IMG/VR virus record: IMGVR_UViG_3300029822_000030
Span: 1-39,747 of that record
DNA length: 39,747 nucleotides
Strand: one strand, 5' to 3'
Source: a virus
Taxonomy: Duplodnaviria; Caudoviricetes
Positions 19,633 through 27,187 of the stretch are shown here, in pieces. The position numbers and the translations under genes were made by a program. The notes under the pieces are model-generated. The model saw only the letters and a list, made by a program, of their open reading frames with translations. It did not search any database and had not been told where the DNA came from. Each line of letters opens with the position of its first letter. The first letter of the stretch is position 1.

Positions 19633-19910
19633 TTCTTTACCAAAGCGATATTTACCCTCCACCCCACCGGGGGTGAGGCGCAAGCCGTGCCAAACCGGAT
19701 GCGATACACGGTGCTAGTAGGAGACCAGGACGATGATCCGCACGAGGTCACGATGGGTGGTTAAATTCCACCGGGCAACTGCGTAACAGCAGCGAGGTAT
19801 GACGAAGTGAACCAGGCGGGGAACCAAGGTAATAACAACTGAGTCTTGAAGAAACGACAGCTAGCCAGCAGCACTTGAATTATAACCGCAGGCCCCCACA
19901 CCGGGCCTGT
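19622..19910 (+). ncRNA. Candidate structured non-coding RNA of unknown class
   Basis: GC-richer stretch without a convincing ORF, downstream of a promoter. Contains several hairpins (GCAA tetraloop, T-loop-like arm) and nested long-range stems. Confidence 0.6.
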
Positions 19911-19980
19911 GTTCTTATTATTTGCAGTTCCTTCGTACGAGCTGTCGATAATAAGAATTTACCCAGAAAGGAGGCCAAGA

Positions 19981-20781
19981 ATGTACGCTGAAATTAAAAC
20001 CCCGTCAAGAGTCCATAGACACCACCACTTTGACACTATTTCGGAACTTCTTTCCTATATTAATAATACCCCGGTTTCGGATATATTCTCTTCACGGTCT
20101 CAAGCATCTAGAAAAAGAGATGACCGTAACTGGTACGGCACCAGTAATTTTGAAGAGGCTCTCACACTACTTCAACAAGGTTGGTGTCCAGAGGCTCAAA
20201 AGTTGGCTGAGAAAGTTCCTGTTAAGACAACTCCCTCTCAGTTCAATTCTCAGAGGCCGACACACTCAGTAGTGGGTTATCAAGCGTCAGTACCACGCTA
20301 CTTGCAGGGTATACCAACTAACATGATAACTTCAAAGCCCACTCCTAAGAAACAGAAAATCATAGTTCTCTACAAGTCAATCTCTTACAACGCCCAGGTA
20401 TCTACCCAAGAGATTGAACGTGAAGGAGTCAAGGCCCTGCAGATTATTCAGGCTCTGGAGGGTAGAGGATACCGAGTGAAACTAAATACTCTGTGGTGTA
20501 CTAATCGTGGTTCAGAATCAGCAGCATTTTCAGTAACCGTAAAGAAACCACAAGACCGTCTGTCTCTAATCAAGATGGCGTTCCCTCTGATTCACCCCTC
20601 AATGCTCAGAAGAATTGGGTTTGCTTGGTTAGAGCGCAATCACAAAATTACTGACTATGGTTTCAACTACGCTTATGGTGTATCAGACAGTGACAAGTTC
20701 ATACCTCAAAAAGGGGAGATAGTTCTCCCCAGTTTCATTCCAAATGTCGGGGAGTTTGTAAACTCACTAAAATTAATTTAG
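19981..20781 (+). CDS. vWA-like partner protein of the MoxR ATPase
   Basis: ATG at 19981 after AAGGAGG. ASVPRYLQGIP..M, ALEGRGYRV and HPSMLRR motifs. Adjacent to a MoxR ATPase. Confidence 0.7.
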   Translation: MYAEIKTPSRVHRHHHFDTISELLSYINNTPVSDIFSSRSQASRKRDDRNWYGTSNFEEALTLLQQGWCPEAQKLAEKVPVKTTPSQFNSQRPTHSVVGYQASVPRYLQGIPTNMITSKPTPKKQKIIVLYKSISYNAQVSTQEIEREGVKALQIIQALEGRGYRVKLNTLWCTNRGSESAAFSVTVKKPQDRLSLIKMAFPLIHPSMLRRIGFAWLERNHKITDYGFNYAYGVSDSDKFIPQKGEIVLPSFIPNVGEFVNSLKLI

Positions 20782-20793
20782 GAGGCCAGTATA

Positions 20794-21897
20794 ATGAGAA
20801 AGCTTAGTGAATTACAAGTCGGTGACGAGGTTGCTCTGGTAAACTTCACAGGTAAATTGAGAATAGACACACTAACAATAGATGGTATAGCGGTAATACA
20901 AGATGATACTAAGACGGAGAACGGCATTTGTCTTGTAGTCAATCTCAAGAACGGTGCTGAGGGCCATTTCGATGTCGTTACTGGTAAACAGCTGAATGCA
21001 GCTGAACCAAAATACGCTAACTTCATAATGATACCTGAATACGCTCCAGAAAAACAGCCAACCGCTAAGAAACGCAAAAAGCGTGAAAAAACCGTAGATT
21101 TTAACCCAACACCATCACAAGCACCAGACGGTATTGTGAAGCACCAAAAGCACAGCACCATACTGACTTGTATAAAAGCAGACATCCCGGTATACCTAGT
21201 GGGTGAGGCTGGAACAGGTAAGAACTTCACTCTTCAGGCTATTGCTGAGGAACTTGACCTACAGTTTTACTTTACCAACTCTGTACAACAAGAGTTCAAA
21301 ATTACTGGGTTTATCGATGCTGGCGGGGTATACCACGAGACTGAATTCTACAAAGCGTTCACCAACGGTGGATTATTTTTCCTGGACGAGATAGATGCAT
21401 CAATCCCAGAAGTTCTTGTATTACTCAACGCTGCTATAGCTAACAGGTATTTTGAATTCCCCACAGGCCGTGTCGAGGCTCATCCTGATTTCAGAGTAGT
21501 CGCAGCTGGAAATACTTGCGGTTCTGGTGCGGACGAGCTGTATACTGGCCGTCTTGTACTTGACTCAGCTACTCTTGATAGATTCGTGGTTATCGAATTT
21601 GACTATGACAAAAACATAGAACTCTCATTATCCCACAACAACGAGCACTTAGTCAATTTCGTGAGACAAATCCGCAAATTCTCAAAAGACCATGGTATTC
21701 GGGCTACATTCTCTTACCGCTGTATAATGTCAATCTCCAAGCTGGAGTCAGCAGGGATGCCTCTCAAGACTATCCTGGAAATAGCGGTATTCAAGGGCCT
21801 GGATAAAGACACTATAAAGATGTTCAAGACTGATTATTCTCTTGGTTCTTGCGGTAGATACTATTATGCTCTGGAAGAACTGCAAAAAGCTGCTTAA
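20794..21897 (+). CDS. MoxR/CbbQ-like AAA+ ATPase with an extra N-terminal domain
   Basis: GEAGTGKN Walker A, FFLDEID Walker B, HPDFRVVAAGNT and LDSATLDRF. Confidence 0.88.
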   Translation: MRKLSELQVGDEVALVNFTGKLRIDTLTIDGIAVIQDDTKTENGICLVVNLKNGAEGHFDVVTGKQLNAAEPKYANFIMIPEYAPEKQPTAKKRKKREKTVDFNPTPSQAPDGIVKHQKHSTILTCIKADIPVYLVGEAGTGKNFTLQAIAEELDLQFYFTNSVQQEFKITGFIDAGGVYHETEFYKAFTNGGLFFLDEIDASIPEVLVLLNAAIANRYFEFPTGRVEAHPDFRVVAAGNTCGSGADELYTGRLVLDSATLDRFVVIEFDYDKNIELSLSHNNEHLVNFVRQIRKFSKDHGIRATFSYRCIMSISKLESAGMPLKTILEIAVFKGLDKDTIKMFKTDYSLGSCGRYYYALEELQKAA

Positions 21898-21899
21898 AA

Positions 21900-21951
21900 G
21901 TCGAAACCCCCACACCCTGTGGGGTCTACCAGAAACTGGTACTGATGAGAC
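21900..21951 (+). ncRNA. Hammerhead ribozyme, type II
   Basis: GUC-GAAA-[stem III CCCC/GGGG]-UC^-[stem I UACCAG/CUGGUA]-CUGAUGA-GAC. Intact core; predicted cleavage after C21926. Confidence 0.9.
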
Positions 21952-21974
21952 AGGCTAAACAAAGGAGGAATTGT

Positions 21975-22055
21975 ATGCTGAGCAGGGAATTAATTATCGA
22001 GATACCCCAACGACTGAAAGGAGGTAAAGCAAATGAGACTGATACTTGTAGGTAA
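21975..22055 (+). CDS. Small ORF (26 aa, MLSRELIIEIPQRLKGGKANETDTCR)
   Basis: Strong RBS AAGGAGG at 21962-68. Read manually. Confidence 0.45.
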   Translation: MLSRELIIEIPQRLKGGKANETDTCR

Positions 22056-22155
22056 AGCTGGGGAGTTGCTAGATGCCCTATCTCCCCTGATTATTATGTT
22101 TGGTGGGAACACACCCCTCAGCGAGATTCCACCTATACACTCAAAAAGATACTAA
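22033..22155 (+). CDS. Small protein (40 aa, MRLILVGKAGELLDAL...), weakly MciZ-like
   Basis: RBS AAGGAGGT just upstream. The stop lies immediately before hammerhead 2. Read manually. Confidence 0.65.
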   Translation: MRLILVGKAGELLDALSPLIIMFGGNTPLSEIPPIHSKRY

Positions 22156-22156
22156 G

Positions 22157-22224
22157 CCCACCTGATGAGCTCTTGAGAGCGAAACACCCTCCCATACCCC
22201 ATATAGGAAAGAGGGTGTCGTGGG
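22157..22224 (+). ncRNA. Hammerhead ribozyme, type I
   Basis: CCCAC-CUGAUGA-GCUC(UUGA)GAGC-GAAA-CACCCUC...GAGGGUG-UC^-GUGGG. All three stems are perfect; predicted cleavage after C22219. Confidence 0.93.
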
Positions 22225-22261
22225 ATACCCACAAATAAAATTTAGAAAGAGGTAGAAAAAC

Positions 22262-22786
22262 ATGGCAAAACTGGAAAAAATCAAAAAGGGAAACGTGGTA
22301 ACTTTATTGGGGTTCACTGGAATGAACATCGGAGACTTCCCAGTTGTGGAAGCAACCAAAACTGAGCTGACTATTGAGACCAAGAAGGGCACACTTTCCT
22401 TCTCTCGTAAAACCGGCAAGCAACTGGGCCTTCCCGAGGAAAAAGAAAAATATGCCAACAAGATTGTGCTTCCTGAAGATGCACCTGAAAAGGTTGAGCG
22501 TAAAGCCAAACCTGCCAAGAAGGACGATAAGAAGAAACCAGCCAAGGAAGACAAGAAACCTGCTGAAAAGCAGCCGGCACCCCCAGTGGAACCTGATGAC
22601 GATGACGATGCTGAAGACAAAGCCCTGGACAGCATGACTCTGGAAGAGTTACTGGCTTATGCTGATGAGGAAGAAATTGACCTGTCCCACCTGAACAAGA
22701 AACAGCGTAAAGACCAGGCCAAAGTACTTCAGGCTATCAAGGATGCCAAGGACGATGACGACGATGACTATGAGGATGCTGAGTAG
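22262..22786 (+). CDS. Hypothetical modular protein: MoxR-N-like domain, Lys-rich linker, HeH-like domain and acidic tail
   Basis: 174 aa with RBS AGAGG. Internal similarity to 20794..21897 (N-terminus) and 24833..25417 (C-terminus). Confidence 0.85.
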   Translation: MAKLEKIKKGNVVTLLGFTGMNIGDFPVVEATKTELTIETKKGTLSFSRKTGKQLGLPEEKEKYANKIVLPEDAPEKVERKAKPAKKDDKKKPAKEDKKPAEKQPAPPVEPDDDDDAEDKALDSMTLEELLAYADEEEIDLSHLNKKQRKDQAKVLQAIKDAKDDDDDDYEDAE

Positions 22787-22791
22787 TTACA

Positions 22792-22853
22792 GACAGAGTG
22801 GCGTGGGGGCATAAAGCCCCTGCCGTAATGCGCTGGCAGCGGTCACAAGCCCG
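22792..22853 (+). ncRNA. Twister ribozyme (P5-type permutation)
   Basis: CAGAGUG-[P1 closed by a GGGGC/GCCCC hairpin]-GCCGU^AAUGCGC...CG-GUCACAAGCC-CG. Loop-4 CAC is complementary to GUG of GAGUG (pseudoknot). P2 is short, hence the lower confidence. Confidence 0.75.
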
Positions 22854-22879
22854 TGCTAACTAGAGAAGGAGGTGATTGA

Positions 22880-23842
22880 TTGATAAAAGTCAGTTATTCT
22901 AGGGTAAGTTGCTATCTGGATTGTCCCCAGAAACACCATTTTCGATATAAGCAACGATTAAGAGCCAAGAAAATTGTGCGTCCTTTAACTTTTGGTAAGG
23001 ATTTCCATACCCTACTTCAATACCGGGATAAAACCGCAGAGATTATTGACTCTATAGCAGATACCTATTACGAAATGCCCCCACAAGCTCAGGCTGATTT
23101 GGGCGATACCTACTTGGACGATATACAGGAAATATACCATGATTATTGCGCCGTTTGGAAAAACGCCACTTTACCCAAAGAAACAGAGCATGAATTTCTT
23201 ATTCTTATGGCTAAACACAAGGGAGAGCCTATCTACTTCCATGGTATTATCGATGAAGTGTATGAGGACAACTCTCTGGGTGAGCACAAAACCTTCAGCA
23301 CTATGCCGAATATGTCCCTGCTGGCTATGAATCTTCAGGTTTGCTTATATGCTAAAGCCTGGCAAAAAGAGTCTGGGGTAACTCCTTCCCGGATACATTG
23401 GGATTATATAAGAAGCACTCCGGCTAAACAACCCGTGTGGCTGGAAAAATCCCAGAGACTGAGCGAGGCCCAGAACAGTAACATAACCCCTAGGAGTTGG
23501 CTCAGAGCCTGTAGAGAGCACAAGATTACAGATAAAGCTGTTCTTCGAAAATCTAAACTCTTTACTCCCAATATATCCAATTTCTTCTTCCGTTGCGACA
23601 TCGAGATTGTACCTAACATGGTAGAAGTGGCCTGGGACAGTTTCAAGCAAGTGACCAGAGACATAATAACACGGGGAGGTGATAATCAGGCCAAGAACAT
23701 AAGCCGAAACTGCTCTTTTTGTGAGTACCAGCCTATATGCTATGCTCAGTTTACAGGAGCAGATGTACAGTACGTTATAGACACAGATTACACAATTAAG
23801 GAGGAAAAAGAAGATGATAGAAATAATCGTAAAGGGAAATAA
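22880..23842 (+). CDS. PD-(D/E)XK exonuclease (RecB/Cas4-like, Cys-ligated)
   Basis: SYSRVSCYLDCP, GIIDEV...GEHKT, LQVCLYA and CSFCEYQPIC. Confidence 0.88.
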   Translation: MIKVSYSRVSCYLDCPQKHHFRYKQRLRAKKIVRPLTFGKDFHTLLQYRDKTAEIIDSIADTYYEMPPQAQADLGDTYLDDIQEIYHDYCAVWKNATLPKETEHEFLILMAKHKGEPIYFHGIIDEVYEDNSLGEHKTFSTMPNMSLLAMNLQVCLYAKAWQKESGVTPSRIHWDYIRSTPAKQPVWLEKSQRLSEAQNSNITPRSWLRACREHKITDKAVLRKSKLFTPNISNFFFRCDIEIVPNMVEVAWDSFKQVTRDIITRGGDNQAKNISRNCSFCEYQPICYAQFTGADVQYVIDTDYTIKEEKEDDRNNRKGK

Positions 23843-24101
23843 GCCCGAAGTAAACGAAAAATTGGTTGAACTGCGCAGCGCAGTAGTCCTGGCTGATGAT
23901 GGATACGGTATCAAAACCATAATAGTCGGTGAATGGGATATCCTTACTCTTATGCACATGACAGATGCTCTGGACAATGCCCGCAAAAAGCTGATACAAG
24001 AACTCCCCGCTAGCTACTCTCCAGAAGAAGCAACCCGGCAGCTACTGAGTCAGGTTATCAAGCCTGAAATACTGGACAAGTTCTTTAGGGTGAATGTATG
24101 A
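23814..24101 (+). CDS. Hypothetical protein
   Basis: RBS AAGGAGG; overlaps both neighbours. Confidence 0.6.
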   Translation: MIEIIVKGNKPEVNEKLVELRSAVVLADDGYGIKTIIVGEWDILTLMHMTDALDNARKKLIQELPASYSPEEATRQLLSQVIKPEILDKFFRVNV

Positions 24102-24832
24102 GCCATCTGGCTAAAGCCCAAGACATATCCCAGCTGCCTGGGTCTAATTTATGGGTTATCTACGGTAAGTCTACCAGTGGTAAGACTGAGCTGTTATCAA
24201 CTTTCCCCAAACCCCTCTTATATTTACGAATTGGGGATGACGGCAGCAATACCATATCGGGTAAAAAAGGTATAAAAGCCCTGGCCCCTGAAAATCTTAC
24301 CGAACTGAGGGAGATTGCCCAAGAACTGAAGAAAGACACCAAGTATGCTGCTGTAGGGGTAGACACATTTGGTCTAGTAGTCAATGAGTGGATAGACCAG
24401 AATGCTGTACAGAAAAAGAAACGAGTCACTCAACAGATGTGGGGTGACCTCAAGACGGATACTGAAGAGCTAATCAAGCTGTTTCACCTAATTGCCAGAA
24501 ACAAAATAGTGGTTCTTACTTGCCACGAGGTTGCTGATTCTATTGAGGGCTATGAGGACGAAATAAGCCCAGACATAAGACCCAACGTATCCAGAGGGGC
24601 ACGTACCTACTTGGAAGGTATGGCTAATTTCGGTATCCATACTACGGTTATCGAAAAAGAAAAGGAAAAGCCAGACGGTTCAATAGTTACTATTACCCGG
24701 CACGCTGCCCATCTGGCTACCAACCCATATTATTGGGTTAAAACTCAGAAACCTGCTAATATCAAGTTACCTAAGTTGGTATATAACCCAACTTATGATA
24801 AAATCATGAAATTAATGAAAGGGGAAAAGTAA
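24098..24832 (+). CDS. Sak4-like (AAA_24) ssDNA-annealing recombinase
   Basis: IYGKSTSGKT P-loop, VGVDT and VVLTCHE. Lies between the exonuclease and SSB genes. Confidence 0.85.
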   Translation: MSHLAKAQDISQLPGSNLWVIYGKSTSGKTELLSTFPKPLLYLRIGDDGSNTISGKKGIKALAPENLTELREIAQELKKDTKYAAVGVDTFGLVVNEWIDQNAVQKKKRVTQQMWGDLKTDTEELIKLFHLIARNKIVVLTCHEVADSIEGYEDEISPDIRPNVSRGARTYLEGMANFGIHTTVIEKEKEKPDGSIVTITRHAAHLATNPYYWVKTQKPANIKLPKLVYNPTYDKIMKLMKGEK

Positions 24833-25417
24833 ATGGCAACTAAAAAACTGGATTTTACAGGGGTAGAAAGTTTCACTAGGTGTGACGAAGGACAGCACAT
24901 TGCCAAGTTAACCAAACTGGAGGAAAAGCAGAGCCAGGCAGGAGATGATATGCTGGTAGGTACTTTTGAAGTTATCAAAGGGGACAGCAAAGGCTCCAAG
25001 GTTTTTGAGAACTTCCCTCTGACCCAGAAAGCTTTGTGGAAATTGAAAACCTATTTTGAGGCTATTGGCGTAAAGGCTGAAGGCAAAATCAAAATTGACT
25101 TGGACAAGCTTATTGGCCGTGTCTGTATTATTGAAGTAATCCATGAAGAGTACAATGGTTCTCTTCGGGCTAAAATTTCCACTTTCTTACCGCTCAAGAA
25201 GGACGAGCCTACCCCAGACCCTGACGATGACCCGGATGATGATGCTTTTGACCCTAAGAAGGCTGGACTAAAAGAACTCCTGTCCTTCGCCAAAGAGAAC
25301 AGTATCAGCATACCCAAGAAAGACCGGGAAGATGAAAAGAAAGTCCGCAAGGCTGTAGAGAAGCACATAGCTGAACAAGATGACGATGATGACGACGATG
25401 ACTGGGAGGATGAATAA
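24833..25417 (+). CDS. ssDNA-binding protein (DUF669-like) with acidic C-tail
   Basis: LDFTGVE...EG.H...SQAGDDML...ALWKLK...LIGRVC.IEV..EEY and a poly-Asp tail ending WEDE. Confidence 0.82.
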   Translation: MATKKLDFTGVESFTRCDEGQHIAKLTKLEEKQSQAGDDMLVGTFEVIKGDSKGSKVFENFPLTQKALWKLKTYFEAIGVKAEGKIKIDLDKLIGRVCIIEVIHEEYNGSLRAKISTFLPLKKDEPTPDPDDDPDDDAFDPKKAGLKELLSFAKENSISIPKKDREDEKKVRKAVEKHIAEQDDDDDDDDWEDE

Positions 25418-25425
25418 AACAAACT

Positions 25426-25452
25426 GGGGCCTTTGTGCCCCTTTTTGTATTT
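25426..25452 (+). terminator. Intrinsic terminator after the SSB gene
   Basis: GGGGC-6 nt-GCCCC followed by TTTTTGTATTT. Confidence 0.6.
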
Positions 25453-25466
25453 AAGGAGGCTATTGT

Positions 25467-26447
25467 ATGTATATACCGGGAGATACTGGACATCCCTGGA
25501 GGCTTAATAAGTTTATGGAATACCACAGTTTGGGCGATTTCGATATGAATTTTCCTATACTAACCCGATATGCTGAAAAACACCACCTATCTACTAAGAA
25601 TAGGCTATGGATGGCTTATCTGTACTCTACCTGCTATTGTGTGGGTACTACGATATTCTTGTTTGAAGAGTTGCCTCTGGACGATACTTTAACTCCTAAA
25701 AAAGTCAAAGATTTCTGGAGCGTGTTCAAAGCACCCCTCATATTCCAAACAGACCGCAGATACGTGAAAAACATGGATTGGTTTGTCCCTTTAGTTGCTG
25801 ATTGGATGAAAAAGGTAGGACATGACCCTGTGAAATATTTCAAGAAGTTACAGGGTAGAAGTCCTCAAGAAACCTACATGAATCTGTATAAAGAAATGAT
25901 GAATTGGCGGTATTTTGGCAGATTCACCGCATTCCTGTTTATTGAAGCGGTTATTAAACTCACCCCTATCAAAGCTAATGCTGTCTGGTTTGACTGGAAG
26001 AAGGGTAATACTGCTACTTCGGGGGCTTTGCATATACTGTACCGGGATGATGAAGCAGAAGCGTTTGACTCTACTGGTTACTTGGAACATAACACTTTAT
26101 GCCTACTAGAGAAAAGACTGCCTTATATAATTAAGACTATTCAAAAACAATATCCCCAAGCATCTACCCACATCACAGATATAGAGACTTCTCTGTGCGG
26201 TTTCCGAAAACTATTTAAGGGTACCCGATACGGTGGTTACTATATAGACCGGGTACAGGACGAAATCATAAAACTACAAGCAAATTTGCCCGATTATAAC
26301 TATATGTGGGAGGAACTGTGGGGCTATCGTTTAGAGGCCTTTAGCCATCAATTTTTAGGTGAGGTGCAGGGGTATAAGGGTATTCAAAAACACCGTTGTA
26401 AAGAATGGTTAGAGAGGGGGGTGGTTGGGTTTGAGGGCATTAGTTAA
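25467..26447 (+). CDS. Amino acid:DNA transferase-like protein (aGPT-Pplase2/ADDT, HhH-glycosylase fold)
   Basis: FQTDRRYVK, YFGRFTAFLFIE, DIETSLCGFRK and RYGGYYIDR motifs. Coupled to a P-loop kinase gene. Confidence 0.78.
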   Translation: MYIPGDTGHPWRLNKFMEYHSLGDFDMNFPILTRYAEKHHLSTKNRLWMAYLYSTCYCVGTTIFLFEELPLDDTLTPKKVKDFWSVFKAPLIFQTDRRYVKNMDWFVPLVADWMKKVGHDPVKYFKKLQGRSPQETYMNLYKEMMNWRYFGRFTAFLFIEAVIKLTPIKANAVWFDWKKGNTATSGALHILYRDDEAEAFDSTGYLEHNTLCLLEKRLPYIIKTIQKQYPQASTHITDIETSLCGFRKLFKGTRYGGYYIDRVQDEIIKLQANLPDYNYMWEELWGYRLEAFSHQFLGEVQGYKGIQKHRCKEWLERGVVGFEGIS

Positions 26448-27048
26448 CATAAGAGGGTGTAATGGTGCTGGTAAATCCACAATACCTATCTCTATGATGG
26501 ATGACCCAAAGAGGGAGGTTATTGGTATTGAAGGAGGCAAACGGCCTTACCTTACAATATTTCCTACTTATGGCTGGGTTGCTCTTGGGACGTATTTCAA
26601 TAAAACTGGAGGCTTAGATACTTACAAGAATAATAAAGAAACTATAACGGCTTTGGCTTGGGCCTGGAATTATACCAAATTGGATGTGCTCATGGAAGGA
26701 GTCATAGCTTCCACAATAAAGTCTACCTATGCTGAGTTGTTTAAGGATTACCCCAGCACTATCATAATGTCATTCCTTCCACCAATCGAGGTATGCTTGG
26801 AACGTATATACCAGCGAAATGGTGGTAAACCCATCAAAGAAGAGCAAGTATATTCAAAGTGGAGAACAGTTGACCGTAATGTAGAGTATTTCAGGCAACA
26901 CGGCTTTACTTCTCTTAGGATTGATACCTCTAGAGTTACAAAAGACCAGATGTTACCACGATTCTTGAAAACCGTAAATAAATACCGGGGAGGGGTATTA
27001 CATGAAGAAAAATTACAAAATATCATTAACCCCAACAATTCATGCTGA
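26425..27048 (+). CDS. P-loop kinase, 5-hydroxymethyl-pyrimidine DNA kinase-like
   Basis: NIRGCNGAGKST, LGTY..KTGGLDT, VLMEG and CLERIYQRNG. Overlaps the transferase gene; the start may be the TTG at 26431. Confidence 0.75.
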   Translation: MGLRALVNIRGCNGAGKSTIPISMMDDPKREVIGIEGGKRPYLTIFPTYGWVALGTYFNKTGGLDTYKNNKETITALAWAWNYTKLDVLMEGVIASTIKSTYAELFKDYPSTIIMSFLPPIEVCLERIYQRNGGKPIKEEQVYSKWRTVDRNVEYFRQHGFTSLRIDTSRVTKDQMLPRFLKTVNKYRGGVLHEEKLQNIINPNNSC

Positions 27049-27187
27049 GGAAAAATATAGTAAAATGACTGTGAGAGTACTGTTAGCTCTGTTTCTAGCT
27101 GCCTTATTAGCTCTAGCTGATTTATATGTTGTCAATATTAGTGTGTACCTAATGTCTTTTTGGGTTGCTTGGCAGGTGATAAAATGA
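27002..27187 (+). CDS. Small membrane protein
   Basis: Hydrophobic C-half, RBS GGGAGGGG, ATGA-coupled to the next gene. Confidence 0.55.
   Translation: MKKNYKISLTPTIHAEEKYSKMTVRVLLALFLAALLALADLYVVNISVYLMSFWVAWQVIK

Noticed and set aside
19756-19772. tRNA gene suggested by a T-arm-like hairpin
   Set aside because: No acceptor stem, D-arm or anticodon arm at the right spacing. Kept only as part of the candidate ncRNA.
19909-19980. N-terminal extension of the vWA-like ORF given in the track
   Set aside because: The strong RBS sits before the ATG at 19981, and the upstream part is an RNA hairpin.
22880-23842. Cas4 as part of a CRISPR system
   Set aside because: The exonuclease-Sak4-SSB context marks it as a phage recombination nuclease.
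22741-25414. GAC/GAT trinucleotide runs as microsatellites or DNA repeats
   Set aside because: They are explained by the poly-Asp tails of two proteins.
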